Shown in pieces: positions 13,020 through 27,305 of a stretch of DNA of 64,000 nt (position 1 is its first letter; each line of letters begins with the position of its first letter). The stretch spans positions 13,020,001 to 13,084,000 of the forward strand of contig NC_087461.1 in the NCBI RefSeq assembly GCF_036321535.1, given 5' to 3'. Made by a program: the position numbers and the translations under genes. This stretch comes from Camelus dromedarius (Eukaryota). A model generated the notes under the pieces. It had not been told where the DNA came from and did no database searches. It worked only from the letters and a program-made list of their open reading frames with translations.

Positions 13020-13920
13020 GATCATCTTGCCACCAGCCACCTTCATCTGTGCTCTGTGTTTTCCACCTTCCTTTCTGTTAGAATGGAAGAGGCATCTCTC
13101 CTTTTGTCAGAATCCTCTTGTCCTGTTTCTCACCTTCCAGGAATTTCCTGCCTTCAGTCATCTCTTTTCCTGCAGCATCCAGTCTCTCCCTCTCTACGGG
13201 ACCATTTCATTGGTATGACACAGTATGGAGGTGCCCATCCTAAAAGCCAAAAAACCCTGTATCCCAGATCCTCCAGCCACAGCTTTGTATCTCCACCCTG
13301 CTTCCCAGCCACACTTCCTCAACCAATCTGCCTGCACTTAACCTCTGCCTTCCTCATCCCTCACCAGTCCAGACTCTACCCCTAGAACTCCAGCAACTCC
13401 AACAAATAGCTCCATGCAAGGTCAACCCTCTCTGTGCTGTCGGATAAGTCGTAAGTTTTGTCTTATCTTACTCAGGCCATCAGCAGCATTCAGAATGGTT
13501 GATCACTCTCTCTAACTTGAAATGTCTCCTCTTGGCTTCTGTGACATAATGATTTTTGGCCATCCCTTGCCAGTTTTGGGGGGGGTAGGGAGGGGGGCAG
13601 GCTCCTCCCTCTCTTCTGAACCTCTCAGTGTTGGAATTCTTCGGCACTCAGAACTTGGCTCTTGTTTCTTTTCTCTCCACCCTTGCAGCTTCCTCTGTAG
13701 CCTCTCCATGTGTATGGTCACACAGACCTCAAATTCATCTTGTCCAAATCCGGAGTGCTTGGTTGCCCACCTCTGCATCCCAACATGCTCCTCTCTCAAG
13801 TTCCCCATCTCAGCAGTGGCCTCAGCCACCCATAAGTCCTATCGTTTCCATCTCCAAAATACACCCAGCTGTTCCACTGCAACACTCGTCCAAGCCACCG
13901 TCACCTCTCATCTGGGTCCT
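13020..13920 (+). mobile_element. L2 fragment (a second, antisense L2 piece follows at ~14030-14370)
   Basis: ctcaggccatcagcagcattcag...cttggcttctgtgacat...tgtccaaatc L2 ORF2 text. Confidence 0.65.
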
Positions 13921-16604
13921 TCGTCTACTCTTGTTCCTTTCCAACTTGTTAAAGAAGTAAAATTATAGAAAATGGCAGCATCTCTAATGAGCAGCATCTG
14001 TACTTAAACAGGGGCAGTAGGAGTGAGAGAGAAGGGGAGACATTAAAAATACATATATTTGGCAAGCAGGACAGACAGACTATATAGTAAGCCAGTGGGA
14101 GGTGGAGAAGGACTAAGAGGAAGAAGTCCAGGTGAAGGTGCTGTTTTTTTCAATGGGGAAAATATGAAGGTTTGGACTAGATGCCTTGGTCCTTGGACAT
14201 GCTGAGCTGTGGATAGGCTGATGGATATTCCTGGAGGTATTTGGATGCCGACCACTAGAACCAAGCTTTCAGGGCTAGATGTATTGAGATAGGAATCATC
14301 CATTATAGGTTATACCTGAAGTCATGGAAGAGTATGAAATTGCCTTGGAAAAGTACAGAGATGAGAAAGTGACAGTGTCAGTCCTTCTTCTGAGCCACCG
14401 GTTGACTTCTTGTATCTCCCCTCTGTTTCTTTCAAGACCCAAGTCCTCATTTCTCCCATCTTCCCAGCTGCACAACACTTTGCATTGTCCCCTGGCTCTT
14501 CCCTCCCCAGGATGCCTGCAGCATGAAACACAGTGTCCCGTGTACCTTTTCAGCCCTGTTATTCACAAAAATAAGCACATACATCCACTTTCTTGATAAG
14601 GGATTTGTTGCTGAACATTTTGGCACTTAATAATCTCCGGTTATCTAGACCTAGCAGGAGTGTGACAGCCCTTGACAAACAAATACGGTTACACCTCCCC
14701 ACCCTGGGCATGACTTATCTGACATTCCAGTTATGGTGCACGAAGCCAAGAATCTCAAACCAGCAGAAAGAACCTTTCAGCCATCAAAGTAATGGTAGCA
14801 TCTAGGCACTAAAACTGGGGTCTGTTTCCCTCTATTTTTCCTCTACTCCTAATGAGCTTGGTTTTGTGAGTGTGGCTGCTAATTTTTGCATTGTAGGGAA
14901 GTCCCACATGGAAGGTTCCATCCTGGAGTTTTGGCAGAAGGAAGAAAATCAGATTCCTCTGTAGCCACTTAATTTAATTTGGTCTTCCATCCTGGGTATT
15001 AGCATGGTGGTAAGACAAGGTCTAGATCGACAACTGTTAGAAACATGTTAATAAACTGGACCCCAGGTTTAAATAAGTCTAAACAAAATGTGAAATTTAA
15101 TGCCAAAAAATGCTGACATAATGTTTTAAGTGGGATAAAATGAAGTTGAAAGGCATTCTTTTTGAGAGTCTGAAATAATCCGTTCTAAAGTCATTCCATT
15201 GAAATGATAAATTCACATGGCACTTTCCTTTAGTAACATTTACTGAGTGTGGTCAGCACTAGTATTTAAACTTCAGTGTTAGACACTTCACACTTGAAGA
15301 CCATCTGTATTCTCAGGGATGGATAAGTCTAACTTGGAGGTCAAGGTAAATTTACTGAGTGCCCAGCCCATGGCAGGCACTGGGAACACAATGATGTCCC
15401 TACCTCTACAGGCTTAGAGTGTGATGTGTTTACAGTCTAGTAAGACAAGACCTGCATAAAAGATACAGAGCATTGCAAAGAGGTCAAGGTCAGGTGCCTT
15501 GGAGTGGAGTTGCATATACGTTAAATGCTACAGGATTTCACAGCAGGGAGAATCTGGTGGGTTACAGTAAGAGTGGTTGGGGAATAATTTTTTCCTTCCA
15601 ACAGCAGCTGCCAGGAACCTGGGTGCCCTCCTTGTCGGACTTCTTGCCCCACTCAAATGGCTTCACCCTCAGGAGCTTTTCCATCAACCTGCTCCTTCCT
15701 CTTCTCAACCCCTCACCAGGCAGTTCTCAGTCCCTTCTCTGGAACACAGACACTTCTGTTCTTTCTTCTTCACTCTGCTCAAGTACCTGGGGTATATTGC
15801 AGCTGTTGTTGGCATGTCTGCTCCCCCTCGAGATTCTGATCTTGTTGAGACTGTAAGTTTTGTCTGGTTCATCTTGAAATCCATCCTGCCCCGATGTAGT
15901 ACCTAGAATATTGATAGGGTCCCCCCAGAAAGTGTTTCTTGCCTGAGTGAACAGAGATACGAATGAATTCACAAGGCATGCGTTGAGCCCTGCAGAAAGT
16001 TTGCAACCTTACATTTTTAAATCAATAAAATAAAGACCTGTATCATGCAGGTGGTAATCAAAAAATAAAGAAAATTAAGTAGCCCAGAGAAAAGGAGTTC
16101 TCACACCTCACTCAGTGTGTCTCAGAGTTACTTAACTGTTAAATACATGGATAATATAAACTCACCCCAGATTTAATAAGTCTGCATCTCAGAGCATGAG
16201 ACCTGGGCAGCTGATATATATGATTTAACATTCCCTACCTGGGTGATGTACCAGCAAGTTTGAGAATCATCATGAGACATGAATATCTTATTAACTTGAT
16301 GTCTTTGGGAATGAGGTGCTGCATACTGGTTTTATAGATAACTGGTCCTGGCTCTTGTGAACAGATATTTTAAATTTTGAAGGAAGTGTATGTAAAATGC
16401 TCTCTTGCCTTCTTAAACCAAAGTGCCAAGCATAGTTTGGTATTGCCCTTGGGAGTTCAGGGTCAGCTCTATGGACATCACCATTGGATGTCTTGGGTTT
16501 TCTCATTCCTTCTTTCATGCCAGTCTGTCAGTTATCCCAGCTCCTGACATCACTGTTATGTTACTAATATTTCCGCCTCTCTTGTGCCATCTTACATATT
16601 GCTT

Positions 16605-16725
16605 TTCTTAAAAGTTGAGGTATAATTGACGTACTAGTCTCAAGTGTACAACATAATGATTCGATATTTGTATACATTTCAAAATGATCACCACCACAAA
16701 TCTAATTCACCTCCATCACCATCAT
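16605..16725 (-). mobile_element. L1 3' end fragment
   Basis: gttgaggtataattgac...gtgtacaacataatgattcgatatttgtatacatt. Confidence 0.75.
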
Positions 16726-17403
16726 CATATTACTTTTAATATGCTATTGGCTAGGACAACAGATAACCCAACTTGTCAGCAATTATATTTTGAATGAAAA
16801 TCAGTGTCATGGATTTGAGTGACTTTATAAAAAAAAAACAAAAAATGATTTTGGGTGCTCTACGGCTCTTTTGCTCACTTCTGGCTAATTTTTGAAACCA
16901 ACCCAAACCTAGAAGTCTGACCCTAAGTAGGGAGTTCATGCAATTACTTTAGAAGAGAGTACAAGTAGTTTGTTTCTAACCTCCTTATTTTATATTCGAG
17001 GAAACTGAGGCTTAGAGAGATTTCATGACTTTCCTAAGATGGAGAGTTATTGTTAATAAACCAGGTTCAATAGAATTTGCATGATTTGAGCCAGGAGTCA
17101 CTATAAAATCTTAACTATATCCATGGAAGGAGTATCTAGTTACCAGTAAGAATCAGTTTAATGGTTAGTACAGTTTCTCTGAATTCCCCCAAGCACTTTA
17201 TTAAAACCTATTTGATCACATCTGTGCTTATTTTTGAATTTTTTTCCCACCCTGACAAGGCATAAGTATCTTGAAGTTCTTTTGATTTTGAGACCTGGTT
17301 CTTTGGATCTTTGTTTGTAGCCCAAAAATTTAAACATGCTTAATATTTTTTTTTTTGCTTTGTCATACTATAAATCCATTTTGCAATCAAGAATTTATAT
17401 GAA

Positions 17404-17536
17404 GGGAGAGGGTACAGCACAAGTGGTAGAGTGCATGTTTAGCATACACAAGGTCCTGTGTTCGATCCCCAGTACCTCCTCTAAAAATAATAATAATTAA
17501 ATAAATAAACCTAATTATCCGCCACCAAAAAAAAAT
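17404..17536 (+). mobile_element. Vic-1-type SINE
   Basis: gggtacagcacaagtggtagagtgcatg...gtacctcctctaaaaataa...aaacctaatta. Confidence 0.88.
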
Positions 17537-20261
17537 ACCTAACCTGATTTTCACAAGCACTTAAGCTTGTCTTTGGTCTGGCACACAATAAAATAATAGC
17601 CTTTCCAGTGTTGGTTGAAATCTTTGCTGAATGCTGGGTGTGGAGGGCGGTGGTGGTGGCAGAATAAAAAAGATAAAGGAAAAACCATCTTCCCTGAAAG
17701 GAACTTAGTCCAGAAACAGACATGCCAATTTCCATTCTCCTGGTTCCAACTCTGGGCGTTAATGCTAGGACGGACACCACTTCAAGTCCCGCCCATGTAA
17801 TGTGGCCAACAGTAAGATGTGAGGTGTCAGGCTTGGAAGTTGGTACAATGAGTATTTCTATTAGACCTAAAAATTAAGGAATTACTTGCAGAGGATAAAA
17901 AAAGAACAACTGTTCCCCTCACCAAATGTTACTAAAAAAATTATTGTAACATCTTAACCATTTACTCGTGTTAGTATTGTTTTCTCCAGGCTAGGAAGCC
18001 ATTATCTTGCTACCGCTGGTCTTTATTAAACCGCCCTTAGTTGAAGCCTTTGGATTTTCCACTTCCTCTGGAGCACTAGTTAGCAGAAATTATGGTGCAG
18101 TGGAGGTGGAATTACAGGTTAGAGTCTGACCTCTGCCACATACAGCCGTATGACTTGAAGTTTGCTCTCTGGTTTTCCTCATATGCAAAGTGGAAGTCAT
18201 AGTACTTAATTTACCCACTGAAAGCATTTGACATGCTGACTCAGAAGGAATCTTGAAATTTGCAGTTTACAATCAAAGCACAGAAGAAATGGCTAGGTGG
18301 AGAGATGTGTGTAGCAAAGGATGAAGTGTCAATAAAGATGTCTTATGAATTGCAAGTCTTTATGCAAACACCATGCACCCACCGCCTGACATTATAGCAT
18401 CACCACACATTTGTTTTCTGCTTAACTGTCTTTAGCGTATGTATTGATAAAGCCAAAATATGCTCCACCCCAGAAATGCTAAATTCCAGTATCTACCTGT
18501 GTGACTACAGTCATGTCTCTGTTTGGCTCCTTCATGACCATCTTTCCTGCTACATCAGCTCTGTGATCGCACGTGCACTTTACAAGGATAGGTTCTTCCA
18601 TTTTCTTTTGTGGACCATGCCCTCCTGGCTTCACTTCCTTTTCTACCTTCTAAAACCCCATGTTGACCAGCTGAACCATTTTTGAATAGCGTTTCCATTT
18701 CTTGGACATTCAACCCATCCTTCCACGCTACCTGCCTCCCTTGGTTCCGTGATGTAAGCCACCTCCTTGCCCTTATGTTAACGCAAATAGTAAGGGGTTA
18801 GGGGGTTAACAGAAGAGCTTTAATGACTCTGCTATCAATTAGGTCTGGTTTAAAATTGTGTCTGACACAGTTCCATCTCATAATAACCTTCCTGGTTTAC
18901 TATTTTCAGTTTGGTTTTTAGAAACCAAGAGGCCTTTTAGGAAATCTTCCAGAAAGTTTTAGTCCTTCAGTTCTGTGTGTTTCTGAGTCTTCAGCAGAGC
19001 TTTGTTAAAAATGCAGCTTTTTAGGTTTGGGGAAAATTTGCCATTTGTATTTTTAACAAGCCCCACACCCAGCAGCTGAATCTGAAGCAAAAGCAAAGTT
19101 TCAGCATTACTGCCATAGAATACGGTCTCTCTTCAAATGGTGAGTCCCATTCCTGAACATGGGGAGATTGGGGAGATGTTAAAGTGGGAAAGCAAAATTT
19201 GCATCGTGTTCTCTGGATCAGTGATTTTTCCTCGAAGACAGGTGTCAACCATGGTGCTTTTAAAGGCCAAAGATGAAAACGATCCGTGGTTTGGTTCCAC
19301 CTGCTGGCAGTTTCCTGCAATCGTTTTCAGTAGGGGCCCACCACCTCTTGTTTTTTTTTAATGCATCACAATAATTCTATTTCATATACTAAGGTGTGAT
19401 ACATCTGCAGTGGAAATAAATGCATGCTTTGGAGAGCAGTATTCCAATTTGTTTTAAGTTAATAGGTTAATAAATATAAAGGCAATATTGAAGTTGTTCT
19501 TCAAAGAACTTATAGAAATAGTATCTTATAAAAGTCTCTTGATTTACTACCAGTCCTTTTTTTTTTTTTAAATATTGCTACCACCAAGCCCTGAAAATAA
19601 TGTTATGCTTACTTCTTCCCTCAATGAAATTACATTTAAATTCAGAGCCACCAGCACTAGTTTACATTCAGTTCAAGACAGCAAGCCCTAAAATAGCTTT
19701 AATGACGCATGCAAAGCATTTTCCTAGGAACAGACTCTGGACTTATTAGTGTCTGAAGCCATCAGTCAATACTCATCTGGTGCACTGGTGTGTTAGGAAG
19801 TGATGCCAGAAATGTGTGCTCTTTCCTGTCAGTTACACCGCCGCTCGGAGAAAGGACGCAGCTTGCTTTAAATAGACGAAGTGGAGAAAGAAATGGACTT
19901 TTCAGTTGTTTTCACTTCTTCAAAATGCTTATCTTTTTCTGGCTGTAAAACAGCAATTGAAAACTACCATATAAAGTTAAAAATAATCTCCTGAGGTTTC
20001 CAGTTTATTTTCCCTGTGTTTTAACCAGAGGGACAAGGAGCTGGGAGCCCCAGAAGCTGCTCCTGCCACACGACAATCTGTGACCTTGAACGAGACCCCA
20101 AATGGCCAGGCTTCATCTTTTCATTTTGAAAATGAGGGAGCTGGCCTCACTGGCTAAAGGCTGTCTTAGCTCTAAACAGCAAGATGATGAAATATTATTC
20201 CAAGATATTTCACTGAAATGTCTCACGTAGAAAATGGGCCTTTTAAAAATATATAATGTTA

Positions 20262-20460
20262 TTTTAAAAATGCATTTCTTCTGTATAGTACAGGGAACTA
20301 CATTCAATATCTTGTAATAACCTTTAGTGAAAAAGAATATGAAAATGAATATATGTGTTATATATGCATGACTGGGACGTTACGTTGTACACCAGAAATT
20401 GACACATTGTAACTGACTATACTAAATTTTTAAAAAAGAAAAAATATAAAAAAATAAATA
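20262..20460 (+). mobile_element. Young L1 3' end fragment
   Basis: gggaactacattcaatatcttgtaataacc...gtacaccagaaattgacacattgtaactgactatac plus A tail; TSD aaaaatatataatg (20245-20258, 20460-20473). Confidence 0.88.
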
Positions 20461-21214
20461 AAAATATATAATGAGACTTTGAGGTAGGAAAAGGTGGGGG
20501 CAGGGGGGCAGGGAATACTGCGAATCCAGACCTCACCACAGCTCGCAGGATTATCTCATGTTAGAACTGAGGAACATCCGCAGACCTGTCACATCCAAGG
20601 ACGTGGGGGACAGAGAGGCAGAGTGCTTTTCAGGGACTGTGGACCCTGCTCCTGTGGTCGGTATCTGGCAGCAGGCTCGTGAACTAAGTTACCACGAGTC
20701 AATCAGTGTGAACCATCAGGCTGTGTGAAGGTAGAAAAGGAAGACATTCTCTGGTTTCTGAGTAATTGGCAGCAAGTTTGGGGTTTGTTTTTTTAAGAGA
20801 GAATACTGGAAGGAAACGCCTTTTTTGTATACATTTGCTAAAGTATATATTTAGGCAATTGCAAACAGACTGCTGTTGTATTAAGGGACCTTATAGAAGG
20901 ACAAACACTGCCATCCTGGGCAGGAACGTGTCAGCTGAGCCTAGATGTGTGAGAAAGGGCAGCATTTTATGGCATTGGGATAGAGGATTTCTGAGCCCCC
21001 CACCCAGAGAAGGAATAAGTGGCAATTAATATGAAACCCTGCAATATACCATTTGTAATATATTTATACATAATCATGCTTATGTTGCAACAAGATATGT
21101 TGGACATATTTTTCATTCTGTAATGGAGGTTCCTTTTTTCTTAATATTTCTGTTGTCTATAGAAAGTCCTCCAGGATTATCAGTAGCTATTCTGGGGCAT
21201 TAAAAAGAGTCGTT

Positions 21215-21535
21215 AGTGGGGGAAGGGGTGGAGAAAATAAGGAGATGTTGATAAAAGAGTACAGACTTTCAGTCATAAGATGAATAAGGTCTGAGGGCCT
21301 GATGTACAACATGGTGACTCTAGTGGACAACACTGTATTGTGGGATTAAAATTTGCTAAGAGAGTAGAACTCATTCTAAAAAAAAAAAAAATAGGTAAAA
21401 ATATGAGAATGGTTAGATATCTTCATTAACTTGATGGAATTCTTTCCCAATGTATGTGTGTCTCAAATCATCATAGTGCACATTTTAAGTAGCTTACAAT
21501 TTTATTTGTCAATTAGACCACAATAAAGTTGGAAT
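21215..21535 (+). mobile_element. L1MA/MB-like 3' end
   Basis: aagagtacagactttcagtcataagatgaataaggtctgagg...catggtgactctagt...caataaagttgg. Confidence 0.8.
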
Positions 21536-21834
21536 TTTTTTTTTTAAATAGAGGTGCTTAGGGGGAAAAAAACCCCCTCTCTTCAAGGCTGTTTCCTCCA
21601 TGGATGCTCTACAAATTACTTATCAGCCTAAACAATTATGGGATACCTAGCACTGCTGGATTTAAATAAAATGAGCAAGAAACACAAAAGGAAAGATGTT
21701 AATTATAGTTCATTTCTCCATTACTACTTCTCTCAAATTCTTCTACTGCATCTGAGAGGGGAAAAAAAATCCTATAAATCTGTGACTACTTGAATGCTTA
21801 AAACTGTGGTTAATATTTAGCATTTCTTCTTTTT

Positions 21835-21955
21835 ATTCTTATTAAAGAATAATCAGTTTACTATGTTGTGTCAATTTCTGGTGTACGGCATGGTGTTTCA
21901 GTCAGACAGGAACATACGTGTGTTCATTTTCATATTCTTTTTCACCGTAAGTTAC
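21835..21955 (-). mobile_element. L1 3' end fragment
   Basis: gtgtcaatttctggtgtac...ttttcatattctttttca. Confidence 0.8.
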
Positions 21956-23299
21956 TAATATTCAATAGCATTTCTTTTTAAAAGTAGGAAGGTTTAATTT
22001 TGTTGGATGAATAAAGATATAGATATGTATACGTCTGTAGATTCCTGAAATGTTTTCCCTGATTTTTTTCTGCCAGAGGTAAACACAAATAACCACAGAG
22101 CCCGTGATCACATCTCCTGACAGTCTTGTGCTGAGAAATTTCAGCAGGCATACCTGGAGTTCTTGGTAAAAATTCCAAGAAGACAGCCTATGGGAACCAT
22201 AAAAAGAAAATTAAGAAAACTTCTGGGATCCATGGCAGGGACTGGTGTTCTCTCAAAAGGTGTGGGCACATTGTTATGACTGTCCTCTAAGGCACTGCAT
22301 AAAGTACACAAAATAACTCATTACTTTTAGAATCAAGCACTGTTTTTAATTTTAAAAGTTTATCTCTCAGATTGTTATCTGTTAAACTTGGCCTTGAATG
22401 ACTCTGGGCTATTTCAGATAAACTAACTTGTCCTGAAAGGAAAAATGAGTTATCAATATTTAGGGCATTCAAAATGTTATACTTTTGATTTTGTTGACAT
22501 TTTCAAAAATTTAGTTTTACATAATTTTAAAATAGTGGAAGAACTCGAATAAATGTACATTTTTTCCCCCAAGAATGCCTTCTGGAAGGGGTCACAACTA
22601 ACTTGGATAAGTTTATATGTGCTTAATTAGAAAAAAAAAATTCCTCAAATTTTTTGAGGATAACAATCCATTTTTAAATTTGTGTTTTAAATATTTTTCA
22701 AAATTTGGATTTTTTTTCTTTTTGGGTTACCAATCTGGTTACTTAAAGGCTGATTCTCCTTGACCCTCTGGAACAAGGCAAGCCCTTCTGTTTAAACCCT
22801 AACTACAGTGCATAGCCACTACATACAATGCATCTCCTCTGTAATTCTTATCACAAGTGCGGTGAATAATGTTGTTATAATGTCATTGTTTCTCTCCTGC
22901 TGGGATATCAGCCTCACAGAGCAAAAAAACGGTATCTCTCATGCTGACCTCCCAAGAAGAGGGCATATTACACATGGAAGAACTCAATAAATACAGGATA
23001 AATTAAAGAGGAAATTATTTGGTTACTGAGCTAGTTCTTACTGGTGTAAGTGGTTCAGCTGCAGATAACAGAATTCATAATTTTTATATCTCTAGCCTGT
23101 CATCTTAATGGCCACAGCTTAGGCTCCACAGTCAGAGCTAAGAGGAGATGGAAAATCTTACCCCCTGTTTGTGGGCGAGAGAATTGGCACATCTTTCTTG
23201 GGGGAAGTTTGGTAATACGTATCAGATCGTTTCAGGGATAAACACTTTTTGATCTAAAAATGTATGTAAGGAAATAACTAAGGATAGAATGTTTCAGGT

Positions 23300-23678
23300 G
23301 TATGCAGTGGACTAAATGTTTGTGTCCCCCGCCTCCAGAAAAAAAAAAATTTTTATATGTTGGAATTCTAGACCTGCAGTGTGATGTTATTAAGAGGTAG
23401 GGCCTTTGAGAGGTAATTAGGTCATAAGAGTGAAGCCTTCATGAATGGGATTAATGCCCTTATAAAAGGGACCGCAGAGAGATCGTTTGCCCTCTTTTGT
23501 GCCCATGAAGAAACAGGATGGCAGTCTGCCACTGGAAGAGGGTTCTAATCAGAACCCACCCATGCTGGCACCCTGACCTCAGACTTCCAGCTTCCCGTAG
23601 AGTGACAAATACATTATTATTGTTTATAAATCACCCAGTTTATGGTACTTTGTTATAGCAGCCTGAACTCAGAGAATA
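23300..23678 (+). mobile_element. MLT1A-type MaLR solo LTR
   Basis: tgcagtggactaaatgtttgtgtcccc...atgaatgggattaatgcccttataaaagg...cccagtttatggtactttgttatagcagcc...aataca. Confidence 0.85.
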
Positions 23679-25150
23679 CACATTTTAAGTAGTGCAAAAT
23701 TAAAAAATCTCACAGTCGTGCAGGGGGCTCTTATGCACCCTGGGGATGCTCTGACCTCACCTGCCTCTTGTTCCATCCATCTCTTGTGGCAGTCCCTCTG
23801 CTCGGGCTCTCCCTGCACCTTGCCTCATGTTCGCTTGGGTCCCCACTCCAGGTCATCCCTGTTGACAGTGGTGAGGTGTCCAAGGGTCACGTCATCGTGC
23901 TCATCATGCTGGGTTCACAAAAGCAGGGGGAGTCATACCCAAGGGGGCACACCTTTGACCAGTGGGTGATTGAAGCAGTGAAATAACACCCTCCTTCTGA
24001 CCAACTGTCCCAAGATACAAAGTGGCATCTCAGAGGATGGTCCTGGAGGATTAAGCGATCAGTCGTAGCTGGTGGTGGCCTAGTCAACCATGGCTCTCTT
24101 GTGGTTTCCTTCTCTCTCCTTCTTCGCTTTCCTCTCGTCCCTCCCCTCCACTCTCCGGAATTGCACTCCAATGTGAACACTTTGCCTCAGCTTCTGCTTC
24201 CTGGGGGCCTGAGAGGTTTTCTAATCCATTAAATAAGATGTATGATTTATTCAGTGGGTAGGCACAGCCATTAAAAGTAACGTGGAAAGACAACAGCTTT
24301 TAAATGAAATAAACTGGTTAAATTGTGTGTTTAATATGATACCTTCTTGTTTTTTAAAGAGCATATATTTAGTCTCTAAAATGTTAGCTACACGATTAAA
24401 GTCTAAATGACATTTCCTCTCTTTCGTTGACTGTTCGTAGTTAAGTTTTTAAAGGGGAAGCTCAGTGTGGTATATATTTTATAAGAATTTCAACTAGGAA
24501 ATATGAAAGAAACAAATGTAAATGCTGTAATCAAGAAACTCTGAATTTAAATTATTTGAAGAGCAGTCACAAATATGAACTAGTGAAACATTATGAGAAG
24601 TTGTGAAATAAGTAAACTTTACAGTGTTCCTTGGAATATCATGATGTGTCACAGGAATTTCGGGGTAACTTAGAGAATGAGTAGAAATAAATAAAAACGA
24701 GAGTGCTACAGAAGAGGCTGTGGTCTGTCTCGATGACAGTTCAGCGACTACAAGAGAACACATGCTTTTGTAGCCAAAAAAGACCAGGACTTGGATCCTG
24801 AATCCTCACTTCCTAGACGCATGACCATGGGCTTTTATGGAGACTAAAAGAGAGATGGTTAAGCCCAGTTGCTTTTATGCAGTAAGTACTCAATGAATTA
24901 AGGCAGTTATTAATTGCCTAATATTTGAGAAAATCAGTTTGTTTACCAAGCTAAGTCGTATCTTTCTACTGCTGCAGATATGCCCAAGGAAGTCAAGTAG
25001 ATACTTCATTCACACCCAATAGCCAGCTGCTTCCTCTGATGCCTTGACTCACAGGAAGCCATAGGGGAGTTGGCTGTATCCCCTAACTTGACTGAAGATG
25101 TCTTGAATAGATATTTGAGATGCCTTTGAAGCCTTTAGAGTAACTACAGG

Positions 25151-25520
25151 TGTTAAAGTAATTAAACCAGGAGGCCATTGGACTGAGGTAGTGCTAATGA
25201 CTTAGGAACCTTCGGAAGCACAGCAACACCTAAACCAAAGGGACTTCCTATCCGTGGATGTTCTCCCAGAGAATAAAATTTAAGAACAATCAGTCACCAA
25301 CAGCCAATGAGGTTTTCCCACACAAGGGAGCCACTACAGCTGTAACCAGTCAAATCCTTTCCTTGCTTTGCTTCCATGTCTTCTCTGTAAAAGCCGTTCC
25401 CCCCAGCTCCTACTGATGGAGTGTCCCTAACCACTTGTAGGGTGGTGCTGCCTGATTTGAATCAATGTTTGCTCAGATAAAACCATGAAAGTGTCTATAT
25501 GCCTCGGTTTATCTTTGAAT
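25151..25520 (+). mobile_element. ERV1-class solo LTR
   Basis: Starts TGTTAAAG; has a CCAAT box, ctaaccac and gctcagataaaac U5-like text; cagg on both flanks. Confidence 0.6.
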
Positions 25521-27029
25521 CCAGGTTATTGTCAGAGTTCAGTTGTAGATGTTCAAATGATAACATTGCATCTAAAAATACAACCCTGGCAATATTCAGC
25601 ATTTGTCATGATCAGAAAATTTTTCATCCATTAGGCTGATTTCTGCCTTCCTTCCATGTGGACCCGTGGGTCCCTGTTCTGCCTTCTTATCATGCTGCCA
25701 GTCAGTCACAAAGCTTGGCTTTGGAAAGTCTTACAACAGTGGAGTGCACATAGCAACAAAGGTTTTACTAGTTTCTAGAGAAAAGTCAGACAGGATCTCC
25801 TGTTCAGAACTTGCCACCCACAGCCCTCTGCACTGATTTATTCCCTGCCAAAACATTTGGTTTTGGTCCTGGAGATACTCTACTCTGGTTTTCTTTTCTG
25901 TTTAAGAAAAGCAAAACACTTCGTGTGAAATAAACAATAACAAAATCAACACATGCAGACTTGCATGACTTTCGATCCCTAGGACTGGGTGGATGTGGCT
26001 CAAACCACAGCTGTTGGATTGAAAAAGAAAGTGAAGATTACAGAATTAAAACAAAATATAACATGTCTCCCTATGTGTGTCAGCCTGTACTTTGTAAAGG
26101 CTTTCCTCGCGTTTGTTTGGAATGCTTCTTTGGAAATTCTCTGTAGTGTATAATTTTCTAAGTAAGTACAGAAGAGACATTTTTATAGCACTTTAAATGC
26201 AAAGCAGTATTTTGGAAGGGATACCACCATTAGTGCCTGTTATGTCTTTCATTCCCGTCCTTGTCGTGGGATAAAGTTATGAGCAAAAGCGTAGTGGTGA
26301 CGTGTAAAACCACTCAGAGTTAGACTTCTGGAAGTTTCTGAGCTGTCCACTGTGGACTGAGGCATTTCATAGAATGTGCCTGGCCGCTGTTGAGATGGTC
26401 CTACACCATCCCAATTTTTGGTTTTTAAACTTTTGCACTTTCAGAAAATTAGAAATAGTATAAATTAAGGAAAAGCAGCTAAGAAATGGGACAGCGGTGT
26501 GGGCGAAGTCTAACAGATAAGCAAAGAGAAAGGATGGAAATGTGAAGTTGTTATTCAGGACTTGGAAGCAGCAGGTCCATTTAAAAGATGTAGCCAGCCA
26601 GTAGCCAAAGAGAGTGAACAGGAACATTTGAACCCAGCCACACAGGAATCCAAACTTCTCAACTGCCTTATTATATAAATATATTATATATATTATATAT
26701 ATTATATAACTAAAGTATTTTAGTCTGGTGTAAACACAAGCTCCCTGACTAACGTCTCAGTGGGCTTAACCCTACAGCATCATGTCCTGTGAAGTGTGCA
26801 GTGATGGATTTTAAACAAAATAGATGCTAAGTAAACACGTGTTAGAAAAAAAAAAGGAGTGAATTTTTATTGGCTTGGTCTTTTCCTAATTTTCTCTGAA
26901 AAGTATATAGGAGTTTTGGGTAAAGAGTCTTTCATTGTGGACAACTTTGATATCCAAATAATACAGGTGGAACTTGTGTTTTTCTTTGGAAGCATAGACC
27001 CTTCATATTGGTTTGGTTAGGGCAACTGT

Positions 27030-27305
27030 TTTAGTCTACGTGGGCCACCATAACAGAAGGCCATGGACTGCATGGTTTCAACGATGGAAACTGATCCTCT
27101 CATAGTTCTGGTCATAGTCTGTTTCAGGTGAGGGTCAGTTTCTGGTGAGGCCTCTTCCCTTGGTTTGTAGATGGCCGCCTTCTCCCTGTCTTCACATAAT
27201 CTTTCCTCTGTGAGTGCCTAGACAGAGACTCAGGTGTCTCCTCTTCCTCTTAAAAGGATACCAATCCCATCGGATTAGGGCTGCACCCTTATGACCTCAT
27301 TTAAT
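27030..27305 (-). mobile_element. MLT1 LTR fragment
   Basis: ctcatagttctgg...gtagatggccgccttctccctg...cccttatgacctcatttaat. Confidence 0.8.
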